Part shown: one piece after another, positions 31,584 through 41,451 of the stretch
How the letters are laid out: each line of letters opens with the position of its first letter
Position numbering within the stretch: the first letter of the stretch is position 1
Origin: Nitrospirota bacterium
Lineage (GTDB): Bacteria; Nitrospirota; Nitrospiria; Nitrospirales; NS-4
Assembly: GCA_963788195.1 (NCBI GenBank)
Contig: CAWBGA010000017.1
Span: 800,001-864,000, forward strand
Length of the DNA: 64,000 bases
Direction: 5' to 3'
Made by a program: the position numbers and the translations under genes
Notes under the pieces: model-generated
What the model was told of the DNA's origin: nothing
The model's database searches: none
The model's input: only the letters and a program-made list of their open reading frames with translations

Positions 31584-32615
31584 TCATTCCGGCAGGTCCC
31601 GCATCTTCATGTGCATAGCCCGAGCAAAGTGCTCGAGAACGCTCTCCAGCCTGGGATATTGCTTGATGACGACGAAGAGATCGGCGGAGCGGAGCCTCAA
31701 GACTTCTGTTTCTGCCTTGGCAAAGACCGATGCGCTGCGCGGCCCCCCTACCAACAAAGACAGCTCGCCAAAGAACTCGCCTTCACCAAGTTCGCATAAT
31801 TCCACTTCCTGTCCTTTGTGCTCCTTCACAACCTTGCCCCCACCGCGAGTAATAAGGTACATCCCGTCCCCTTCCTCGCCTTCGGCAATAATCCGCTCTC
31901 CCTCGATAAATTCCAGGGGCTCGAGCTTTTCCACAATGGCTCCGAATTCATCCGGAGTAAAACTCGCAAAGAGCTGATCGATGTTTTTCTTGTCGGAGAG
32001 TTTGTGCGGGGCCACAGGATCGGGCGCTGCCATTTCGGGCGCCGCGACCGCCATTTCGGGCGCCGCCATCTCGGGCGCTGTCATTTCGGAGAAAGCCTCC
32101 GGCGGAGCAGGGTCAGTTTCTTCCACATATTCAAAACTATTTGGAAGGGATGCAGAAACCGAACTGGCCACTTCTTCCGACACACTTGTTTTGTCCGGAG
32201 GCTCGTCCGCGACCACTGGGTCGAGTACCGCGTCTTCTTTTTCGGCAGCCCGCGCCTGCTGAGGCTCCAAAAATGAGGCGTCGAAGTCCATTCCACCGCT
32301 ATGAGTATTGACAGACTTCATAAGAGTCGTCGCCTGGGTTTCCCCTGGGGCGATTTTGAGGATCATTTTGTACGTCGCTATGGCTTTCACTGAAAAACCG
32401 GCTTTCACGTACATATCCGCAGCTTCATAGTAGTGCTTGATCGCTCCTGCCTTGTTGCCGGCCTTGAGCGAATAATCTCCCATACGAAGGTAGTAATGCG
32501 TGTTGGTGGGTTCCAGCTGGATCAGACCTTGCAACGCTTGAACCGCCTTCGCCCATTGCCCGAGGCCGACATACTTGCTGAGCTCATTCGTGAGTCGATC
32601 TTTTTTATTGGCCAT
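31584..32615 (-). CDS. TPR + cyclic-nucleotide-binding domain protein
   Basis: N-terminal TPR helices, acidic linker with APEMA repeats, GEFFGELSLLVGGPRSASV cNMP cassette. Confidence 0.85.
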   Translation of the reverse strand: MANKKDRLTNELSKYVGLGQWAKAVQALQGLIQLEPTNTHYYLRMGDYSLKAGNKAGAIKHYYEAADMYVKAGFSVKAIATYKMILKIAPGETQATTLMKSVNTHSGGMDFDASFLEPQQARAAEKEDAVLDPVVADEPPDKTSVSEEVASSVSASLPNSFEYVEETDPAPPEAFSEMTAPEMAAPEMAVAAPEMAAPDPVAPHKLSDKKNIDQLFASFTPDEFGAIVEKLEPLEFIEGERIIAEGEEGDGMYLITRGGGKVVKEHKGQEVELCELGEGEFFGELSLLVGGPRSASVFAKAETEVLRLRSADLFVVIKQYPRLESVLEHFARAMHMKMRDLPE

Positions 32616-32752
32616 ATCTTTATTGCTGCTTCTCGAACCGCTTCGAAACTGAAAGCGCCATGTACAGAGATAAGGGGATTTCGGGTGCGTCTTGGGGTAC
32701 GCCGATCGACACGATGCAGGCGGGCTTGCAGAGCCTTCATCAAGAGTTGAGC

Positions 32753-33508
32753 CTAGACAAAACTTGGTCGTAAGTCAAATGTACCATCGGCGTCCTCGGC
32801 TCTACTTTCAACAAGCACCACCAGTTCGAGAAGGATGCTGCTTCCAATGACAATGCTAAGGAGTGCCGAAACGATCCTGATGGGCTGCTGTGCCTGCGCG
32901 AACTTCTCCATGCCCCTGGCGAAGGGAATGCTCATCGCCGTAGCTAAAAGCACCATCCCTAAGATCGACCCGATCCCAAAGACCAGTATATACAACATTC
33001 CGACGCCGAAGGAAGGAACCGTCGCGAGCACAAGCAACAAAAGGGCCGCACTACCCGCGAGACCATGGACCATACCCACAGCCAGAGACTTGTACTCCAG
33101 ACGAAATCGATGCAGATGATCATGATGCCCACCATGGCCATGCGCATGCACATGCCGGTGCTCCTGACCATCCTCGTGCGAGTGCGGGTGGACATGAAGA
33201 CGCTCCCGCCACAGCGCCAACGCCAGCGATACCCCAAGGCCCACGAGCATGACTCCCACGCCAGCCTCGAATACTTTCGCCCAGCCGGATGAAATCGTGA
33301 GCTTGAAAAATACGACGGCCACTCCGACGAACAGGAGAATCACCGTATGCCCCATGCCCCAGCAAAACCCAATCAGAGCGGATCGCCCCAAGGTGCGTTT
33401 CCCTGTGGCAATGGTCATGACTGCGGCGACATGGTCGGCATCCAAAGCATGCCTGATGCCTAGAAGGAAGCCTAAAAACAGGAGTGTGAGCACGTGGGAA
33501 TCAGGCAT
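32753..33508 (-). CDS. UreH/HoxN-like nickel/cobalt transporter
   Basis: RHALDADH, WGMGH, His-rich loop, GMVHGLAGSA. Confidence 0.8.
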   Translation of the reverse strand: MPDSHVLTLLFLGFLLGIRHALDADHVAAVMTIATGKRTLGRSALIGFCWGMGHTVILLFVGVAVVFFKLTISSGWAKVFEAGVGVMLVGLGVSLALALWRERLHVHPHSHEDGQEHRHVHAHGHGGHHDHLHRFRLEYKSLAVGMVHGLAGSAALLLLVLATVPSFGVGMLYILVFGIGSILGMVLLATAMSIPFARGMEKFAQAQQPIRIVSALLSIVIGSSILLELVVLVESRAEDADGTFDLRPSFV

Positions 33509-33526
33509 GGGATTGACGTTGGCCCG

Positions 33527-34612
33527 TCAGCCCCCTCTGGCATGCATCTCAAGGTGAGGGTCCTGACGAAGCCGGTCTATCTCGATCAGGCGCTCCTCAC
33601 GGATTCCGAGGCGTTCCAGAGCCTTACGATCCTCGGCCCCGCGATCCCTGCGGCTTTGCCAGACCGATCGGATGAGGCCTTTGATTTCCTCCGTGGTCGC
33701 GCCGTCACGCAAAGGCCTCCGTAGATCAATTCCTTCCTTGGCGTACAGACACAGGTACCACATGCCGTCGGCGGTAAGACGGCTGCGATCGCAGCTTCGA
33801 CAGAAAGGCGTAGTGGTAGAGGGGATAATTCCAAACGTGGTCCCGTCCGGAAGAAGAAACCGCTCCGCGGGCGCTGAACTGTCTTCAATCAATGGGACGA
33901 TCGTTCCGTAATGCCGACCCAGGGTTTCAAGCATGACCGCGCGCGACAGAACCTTATCCATCGACCACTCCGTGGCCCCGCCCACGTCCATGTATTCAAT
34001 GAAGCGGACCTCCGCCCGCACCCGCTTGCCATACTCAATGAGGTCGACCAATTCATCATCATTAAAGCCCCGGATGGCGACGGTATCGAGTTTCAAGCCA
34101 GTGAAACCTACCCGTCCGACGGCTTCAATGCCCTCGAGCACTTCTCGATGCGTGTCTCGTTTTGTCAGAGCCTTAAAACGCTCGGGTTTAAGCGTGTCCA
34201 AGCTGACAGTGACGCGATGCAGGCCGGCATCGAAGAACGCCTGCGCCTGCTCAGCCAGCAAGATCCCATTCGTCGTCAGCGCCAAGTCTTGAATCCGTGG
34301 GTTCTGCAGCAAAAGGCGCATGAGCGTTGCAAGATCCTTGCGCAGAAGTGGCTCGCCGCCCGTCAGCCGGACCTTCTCCACGCCGAGTTCTGTGAACAAC
34401 TGAGTCAGCCTGTTCATCTCCTCAAACGTGAGCAGGGTTTCTCTCGGCAACCAGGTGTACTCGTCCTCTGGCATGCAATACTTACAGCGAAGATTGCAAC
34501 GGTCCGTCACCGACAGGCGCAGGCTCCCCAACGGGCGTCCGAAAGCGTCCTTCACTACCGACATTCCTTCAGAAGGCACCGACAATGCGCTCACGGGTGT
34601 TCCTCCACCCAA
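33527..34612 (-). CDS. moaA: GTP 3',8-cyclase MoaA
   Basis: SVTDRCNLRCKYCMP radical-SAM motif, FCRSCDR...C, C-terminal GG. Confidence 0.95.
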   Translation of the reverse strand: MGGGTPVSALSVPSEGMSVVKDAFGRPLGSLRLSVTDRCNLRCKYCMPEDEYTWLPRETLLTFEEMNRLTQLFTELGVEKVRLTGGEPLLRKDLATLMRLLLQNPRIQDLALTTNGILLAEQAQAFFDAGLHRVTVSLDTLKPERFKALTKRDTHREVLEGIEAVGRVGFTGLKLDTVAIRGFNDDELVDLIEYGKRVRAEVRFIEYMDVGGATEWSMDKVLSRAVMLETLGRHYGTIVPLIEDSSAPAERFLLPDGTTFGIIPSTTTPFCRSCDRSRLTADGMWYLCLYAKEGIDLRRPLRDGATTEEIKGLIRSVWQSRRDRGAEDRKALERLGIREERLIEIDRLRQDPHLEMHARGG

Positions 34613-35280
34613 ATCTCACCCTCAGGGGTGGTTTCCTGCTTCCAGATCGGGGTGATCTGTTTGAGCTCATCAATGCTCCATTTGCACGCCCGAAAAGCCT
34701 CCGCCCGATGCTCGGCGGCGGCAATCACCAGGACGATGTTCTCGCCTACCTGAATGTCACCAAACCGGTGGACGATCAGCACCTCGATGACGTCGAAGTC
34801 CTTAAGCGCGCGTTCGCGGATCTCATGAAGCTTCTTCTGCGCCATTCCTTCATAGTACTCGAACTTGATGCCGCTCACATCACGACCCTTGGAACGATCC
34901 CGTGCGGTGCCAAGGAAAATCGCAATCCCGCCGATACGTTTGGAAGTCGCGCGAATCCGGGCAAGCTCGGCGTCGATCGAAAAATCCTCGGCCTGGACTC
35001 GGACTAGTCCGTGGTCATTAAAAGACGCGGCCCCCCCGGCAAAAGGAGGCAGCAGCGCCACCTCATCGCCTTCTTGAATGACCGTTTCCGGATGGGCGAT
35101 CTCCTGATTGACGGAAACCAGGACCTTTTTCTTATGAACAAGCTCCGCTACCGCCGGATAGTCTTTATCAAGGATCCCCACCAGATCCGAGACGTTTTTT
35201 CCACCCTCCAGCGGAACCGACATCTCAGTTTGGTTGTTCGCCAAGGTCTTAAGGAGCCCGAAGAGCTTTAGTGTGATCAT
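34591..35280 (-). CDS. moaE: Fused MoaD-MoaE molybdopterin synthase (MoaX-like)
   Basis: Ubiquitin-like domain ending in LLPPFAGG, followed in frame by MoaE (HRFG...HRAEAF...PIWKQE). Confidence 0.9.
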   Translation of the reverse strand: MITLKLFGLLKTLANNQTEMSVPLEGGKNVSDLVGILDKDYPAVAELVHKKKVLVSVNQEIAHPETVIQEGDEVALLPPFAGGAASFNDHGLVRVQAEDFSIDAELARIRATSKRIGGIAIFLGTARDRSKGRDVSGIKFEYYEGMAQKKLHEIRERALKDFDVIEVLIVHRFGDIQVGENIVLVIAAAEHRAEAFRACKWSIDELKQITPIWKQETTPEGEIWVEEHP

Positions 35281-35287
35281 GTTGTCC

Positions 35288-35800
35288 CTAAGTCGAACCC
35301 TTGGCTTGATTTATCGCGGGAGTACTCCCGGATTTGCCCCCTGCCTTTTCCAATAGGCACATATCTGTAAAGACCATATCGCGGTCAACGGCCTTGCACA
35401 TATCATAAATGGTGAGGGCTGCCACGGCAACCGCAGTCATGGCCTCCATCTCGACGCCCGTTTGGCCAGTGGTTTTAACGGTTCCGGTCACCGTAATGCT
35501 GCACAGACCCTTGCTATCCGGTTGCGGTTCCTCCTTGAAATCAATATCGACGCCGGTGATGAGCAAGGGATGGCACATCGGGATAAGATCAGGAGTCCGC
35601 TTGGCCCCCATAATTCCAGCGGTTTGCGCGACCGCCAGCACATCGCCCTTTGCGATTTTACCGCGACGAATTTTTTCAAGAGTTTCGGGATGCATGACCA
35701 CCCGGGCCTGGGCCGTCGCTGTACGGTGTGTCTCGGGTTTTCCCGACACGTCCACCATGCGCGCCCTGCCTGCTTCATTAAAATGGGTGAACTCCGCCAT
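35288..35800 (-). CDS. moaC: Cyclic pyranopterin monophosphate synthase MoaC
   Basis: [36 protein letters not shown]. Confidence 0.96.
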   Translation of the reverse strand: MAEFTHFNEAGRARMVDVSGKPETHRTATAQARVVMHPETLEKIRRGKIAKGDVLAVAQTAGIMGAKRTPDLIPMCHPLLITGVDIDFKEEPQPDSKGLCSITVTGTVKTTGQTGVEMEAMTAVAVAALTIYDMCKAVDRDMVFTDMCLLEKAGGKSGSTPAINQAKGST

Positions 35801-35900
35801 TCGTTAGACACCTTTCGGTACAGTTGTTGATTATGAAAGCGACTTTAAAGCCAAGTCAAGCCCGAAACCAGGGGCCTGGCGCCCCGCTTCGGAGCGGTAC

Positions 35901-38049
35901 TTATGCTATGGCTTGCAAGATCGTTGGAGAATGGCGTAGCGGGAGATTGACAGAAAACGTGGTGCTCTTGCCGATTTCGCTTTTCACTTCGATATAGCCG
36001 CCATGAGCCACGATAATACGTTGACAGATGGGGAGGCCAAGGCCTGTGCCTTCGCGCTCTTTGCTTTCGTGTTTGGTCGTAAAGAAGGGAACAAAGATCT
36101 TCTCCAGCGTGTCAGGCGGCATGCCACAGCCGCTGTCTGTGATCTCGAACTGGACCCACACGCCCTCGGGTTTCACCAGACGACGGGTCCTCGTGGTCAG
36201 CTGCCCCCCTTTTTGCTCCTCCATGGCGTCAAGGGCATTGATAAACAGGTTTCCCAAAACCTGGAGAATTTGCTGGCTATCAATCCACACAGGAGGCAGA
36301 TCCCCGGCCAACTCGGTGACCAGGGTTACGCCTTGGCTCTGGGCTCTGTTTTCGATCGCACGCAGCGAAGCTGTGACCACATCATTGAGGTTCTCCTCGT
36401 GGCGCTGCGGTTCGTGAAGCCGCGCAAACCCCAAGACCTCTCCTGAGAGGCGCTCAATGCGGGCGGAATCGTTCATGGCGACCTTGCGAAACTCGTCCAT
36501 GAATTCCACATCATCCTTTCGCAGGGGCACAAGCTGCAGAAACGTGTTAATGGAGACCAGCGGATTGCGAATCTCATGCGCAAAGCCGCCGGCAATCGTC
36601 TCGAACGCATGCGCCCGCTCGTCATGCCGTTCGCGGCGCTGCTCCTCCTTCTCCTGTTCATGGAAGGCCGCATTGGCAAAGGCGCTCGCGGCGCTCGCCG
36701 CCAGAATCGACAGATTCTTCAGGTCATCTCGCGTAAACATGGCGCGATTCGACTTTGGGCCCAAGTTTATGAATCCCATCAAGCGACCTTGATTTTGAAG
36801 CGGCAGACACAGTTCACATTCAAGCGCCTCGAGCATCTTGGTGATGGCTTTGCTGAAGGTGCCAAGCTTGTTGCCGCTCTGCTGCACTTCCTCTTTCAGA
36901 ATGGCCTGACCCATCTGTTGAAGGTATTGCGGCAGCAGGTGGTTGGACGAGATGGTGACGGCTCTGAGCTGGGATTCGTCGAGCCCCTGCGCCGCCTTCA
37001 GCACATATTCGTCCTTTTCCTTATCCAACAGAAACAGGGAAATCTTTGCGCTGCCCAAAGCCCGGGCAAGAATGGCGATCGTCCGTTTCCGTCAATGCCT
37101 TTAAATCCAAGATGCTTCTCATGGCGGTGCTGAAATCGTTCAGGGCGTCGTAGGCATTATGCTGCTGCGGAAATAACGTCTTCACAACCACCACTTGAAG
37201 GCGCTTCTGAAGATTCACCAACAGTCCTGCAAAGGCGGTAAATGCCGCCACGAGGATTCCAGACAAGACGTACTGAGATGTTCCTGTAAACATCCAGACC
37301 AGGCCAAGGATCAGAAAATATGCGGGTATGAGCGCGCCCATTAAAAGGCCATATGCCAGCCCCTTCTGAAATACCACGGTGATGTCCATGAGGCGGTGCT
37401 TTGCAATCGCATACGTAATAAGTCCGGCAAAAATGATCAATAGGGAGTCATGAGGAATGGGCTCTTCGTGCAGGTACACCACCAGAAAATGGAAACCAGC
37501 GCCCGCATAGGCAAATAAAAACGCGAGCAGCATATATTTCAGCTGATTCCTTTTTGATCCGGATGAGGTTCTAAACCCACTGAAGCACTTATAGAATGCC
37601 GCCCCGGTTCCTACGACCAAAAACAGCATGAACGGGATATATAGGAATCCAGGGATCAGAGTAAAAAATGGTTTGTTTCGAAGCACACCCTGAATCATAT
37701 TTTCATTGAAGGAAAGAGCCGCGAAGACAAGGGATACCCCAAAGAGCATTTCGAGAATTTGTCGCTCTTTCTTCCTCTTCTCCGCATTCAGGATGACGGC
37801 AACCAGATAGTAAAAAGCGGTCGGCACGAAATAAGCCGACACGTACACCAGCCGACCGAGAAAGGTCGCAGTCTCATTGTTATCTGGAAGGGATATGATG
37901 AAGGGGAATGCGGTCCAGATACCGGCCAAACTCGCAATGATGGTAAAGGCGCGATTGAGGGGTTTGTGTCTATCTACAAAGAAAACAAATAGACCGACGC
38001 TGATGCAACTGACCGAGGCGAGAAGTGAAGACAGCGAATAGATGTTCAC
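35901..38049 (-). CDS. 7TM (HisKA_7TM-like)-GAF sensor histidine kinase, split by a +1 frameshift at ~37080
   Basis: Multi-TM ORF 37021..38049 (YAIAKHRLMDI) continues into GAF-HisKA-HATPase ORF 35901..37058 (AHEIRNPL, GTGLGL). Confidence 0.85.
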
Positions 38050-38150
38050 TGCGCTTGAATCGCGATCTTTTTACTGTGTTTTGAGAGGACAAACAGACCG
38101 TGGCGCGGAGCGATTCGCCGAGAAGACAGAAGAACACTGTGAATAGATGC

Positions 38151-40312
38151 TCACTTGTCCGGAATGGCATTCCTTTTTATAGCAATGCCTTGGAGGTGAG
38201 TCGTTTTCTGCCACACATAGTTCAGTTCACCGTAAGGGCCGCCTGTTTTCCCGGTTCCCCCATGGGTCGCCATATAGGATGAGAAGCCGGTATGGCGGCA
38301 ATTGATCCGTAACAGCCCACTGTTGTGAACCTGGTCCATAAATCTCTGAATGTAAAAAGGTGAGCTAGCCCAGGCCGAGATTCGCAACCCATACTCATTG
38401 GCGTCTGCTATTTCGAGCATCTTCCCGAAGATTGCCTTGTCGTGGGAATCCGCGTTCTCGTGCTCATCACCGCAGACCTTCACCAATGGCATCAGGGGAA
38501 AGAAATTTTCTTCCTTGATGCATCTCATCTCAGTGCCTTTCTCTGCGTCGTCAATTCTTAACACCGCCGGCGTAATAAAGCGCCCGTCTTCATCAAGGGT
38601 TCCGTGATGATCGACTCGCAACCCTCCGCAAAGAAGCTTTGCTCCTAAGTTAAGGGCATCATCCAAAAATTCATAAAACTCGGCGATTTTGATGACAGGA
38701 GAAAGGGTGACTGCTGGGTCCGAGGGCAATCCGATCTTCAGCTTTTTGACTTCAGCAAGGAATGCCAGCTCGAACCTGTCATAGATATCTTCATGAATAA
38801 AAGCCTTCTTGGGCACCATACAAATCTGCATGGAACCGAAGAATCCATCGAGTAACGATTGCACTGCCTCCTCAATGGCGGCATCTTTCCAGATGAACAT
38901 CATGTCGTTTCCGGACAGCTCGAGAATTGGCTTCTTGCCATTCATAAAGGCGCGATTGCCGATTTGCAGCCCGATTTTGCGTATCGCCGATAAAGAGAAT
39001 ATCGTTGACGTATGGGCTCGCGATCCATTCATCCATGATACTTTCCGAGTTTCCAATAACCAGATTCAGAGTCCCCGGCGGGGCACCGTTGAGTTTCAAT
39101 GCTTCATTGACAACATTTTTCCAAAGAAACAGTGTGGAGATTGGGGAGCGTAACGGAGGTTTTACTATCAACGTGTTCCCGCCCAAAAGAGCCAGTACCG
39201 CGATAAACGAGGCGCTGCTCGGAGCATTCTTTGGCGGACTCACACACACCACTCCGTCGGGTTTCCTCCTCCAGAACATAACTTCATCACCATCCACAGC
39301 TACTTGCCTATTGATCTGCGTCGTATAAAACTCGAGCGTCTCCTTGCGGATGCTCCGTTCCATGCCGAGAAATTCCCATTCCGCCAGTCCGCGAGGGTGG
39401 CCCTCGACCATCATCAACTCGATGAGTTTCTCCTTGTGAACGAGCATTAACTCGTAAATGTCTAAGAGTATCTGTAACCGCTTTTCCAGTGGGAATTCGC
39501 GGAATTCCTTGCTCGCTCTATGAGCAGCTTCCATGGCCTCAAGATTAGTTTCCGTCGTGCCGACGCAATACCGTGCAAAAATGTAGTCCTTGTGGTTTGC
39601 AGGAATCTCTCCCAACTTGAGCTGTTTCAAAACCTTCGTGACCGTCTTATAATCTGTGATCAATTTCTCCGCATGCGGGAAGTATCGATATTTATAGGTG
39701 TCACGTTCTTCGCCGTCTATCAATAACGTAAACGTTGGAAGTGCAATGAGCGAGGACGGATCCTCACGATCCCGAGGCGCCGATAGTGTCTCTTTCGACA
39801 AGCAGATCGAGGCGGTCGAGGATCGTATGCTCCGTCTTAATGAACAAATCGGCTGCTTCGAGAGCCAAGGAATCCTCTGCGACGATGATTCTGACCTGCG
39901 ACTTCGCCTGCCGGGCGACGTCTTGTTTGAGGTCTGCAATGGCAGATTCTAAAATCGTGGATTCCAATTCACGCATCGTTGAGAACTTGATTCCCAAGGC
40001 ATAGCCAGGCGGGCTTTGATTTCCTTGTGCCTGACTATTCATCACTCGCCCTGAAAGATCGAGATAACACGTCTCGCCAAAGGAGAATTCCAAAGCCACG
40101 GGGGTGCCGGGCTTCAGATCTCTTGGGCAAATCACCCGCATTCCCCCGAGACTCATGTTCTCGGTGAGGCCGCTGATCTCTCCTTGGGCGCCCTGCAAGG
40201 AAACCTGGAATCTCAGGGCGTCACGGAGATCCTGGCGAAGCTCGGGCCCGTTGAAATCCGGTGCCGTCGCCAGTAGTGTATCTTCAAGCTTCAAAGTGTA
40301 CCTTTCACCCAA
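38151..40312 (-). CDS. Probable PilZ-aldehyde dehydrogenase fusion, split by two +1 frameshifts (~39770-39800 and ~38978)
   Basis: PilZ motifs RQDLR and NMSLGG; ALDH motifs PPKN, GNTLIVKP, FIGD, ELSGND (Glu), QICM (Cys), EENFFP, YGL. Confidence 0.7.
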
Positions 40313-40539
40313 GCAACGGCAGCGGTTCTGTCGCTGACCATGCAGTGCCTAGAAACTCCTAGCTTTCCTGGTGATGCTGGATTGCTGGGGAAGAACTCAG
40401 CATGGGCGGATTGGGAGCATGAATCAAGTTAATTTCTTAAGTATATTAGGCATGATTCGTGTCGGCACGAGTCTGGGTCTCCTTGACAAGCGATACATAC
40501 GCGTCAAAAATATGCCGTATTGAATGAAGTCAGGGGTTT

Positions 40540-41445
40540 GTGATGACTGATCGACTGGTGATCGAGCGTCTGGAATTTGAAGGATTCGTCGGCATTGAAG
40601 AGAGCGAGCGGACAGTCCCCCAGGCGCTTGCGATTGACCTGGAGTTGTTCTTGGATTTCTCCGCGGCATCTTCCACGGACAATCTGAAAGACACCGTGGA
40701 TTATGCGGTGGTCGCTGAAAGAATCTTGGCCATTGCCAAGCGGGAACAATTTGTGCTGATTGAAACATTAGGGGAACGGTTGACGGAAGTGATTTTGAGT
40801 GAACACTCTGTTCGCAAGGTGGACCTCTGGGTCAGAAAACTTCATCCTCCTTTGGATATGAGGGTAGGGTCCGTCGGCACCCGGATCGTTCGACGTTCTG
40901 GATACGGACACACTCATGACAACTCTCCCGCATGCTGGCTCGCGAGCCATCGGGACCTACTAAAAAGCGGAAGAGCACTTGATCTCGCCTCCGGAAAGGG
41001 CCGTAACGCCCTTTATCTGGCAAAAGAAGGCTTTGCAGTGGAAGCGTGGGATCGCAATGAGGAAGATTTGGAGGCACTAGCGGCGAAGGCTCGGGAGTTA
41101 GGTCTTACCGTCACCACGCGCCTTGTTGACCTAGAGCAAAGCCCGTCGATTCCGGCGGAAACCTTCGACCTCGTGATCATCTTCTATTACCTCCAACGAA
41201 ATCTGATTCCCTGGATCATAAAGGCACTTCGACCCGGCGGCATAGTCGTGTATGAAACATTCCTGATCGACAATCACGTGCGCTACAACCATCCACGCCA
41301 TCGTGAGTTTTGTCTGGAACACAATGAGCTGCTGACGCTGTTCCCGGGACTTCGAATCCTCGCGTACCGGGAGGGACCTGATGACCAAGGAGGAGATCCA
41401 CAACCCCCTTTTCTCGCCAGCCTCATCGCCGAGCGCCCGGGCTGA
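40540..41445 (+). CDS. folB: Dihydroneopterin aldolase fused to a class I SAM-dependent methyltransferase (TehB-like)
   Basis: N-terminal FolB (GIEESER...DTVDY...LIETLGE...K); C-terminal ALDLASGKGRNALYLA...FYYLQR. Confidence 0.85.
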   Translation: MMTDRLVIERLEFEGFVGIEESERTVPQALAIDLELFLDFSAASSTDNLKDTVDYAVVAERILAIAKREQFVLIETLGERLTEVILSEHSVRKVDLWVRKLHPPLDMRVGSVGTRIVRRSGYGHTHDNSPACWLASHRDLLKSGRALDLASGKGRNALYLAKEGFAVEAWDRNEEDLEALAAKARELGLTVTTRLVDLEQSPSIPAETFDLVIIFYYLQRNLIPWIIKALRPGGIVVYETFLIDNHVRYNHPRHREFCLEHNELLTLFPGLRILAYREGPDDQGGDPQPPFLASLIAERPG

Positions 41446-41451
41446 CACGCG

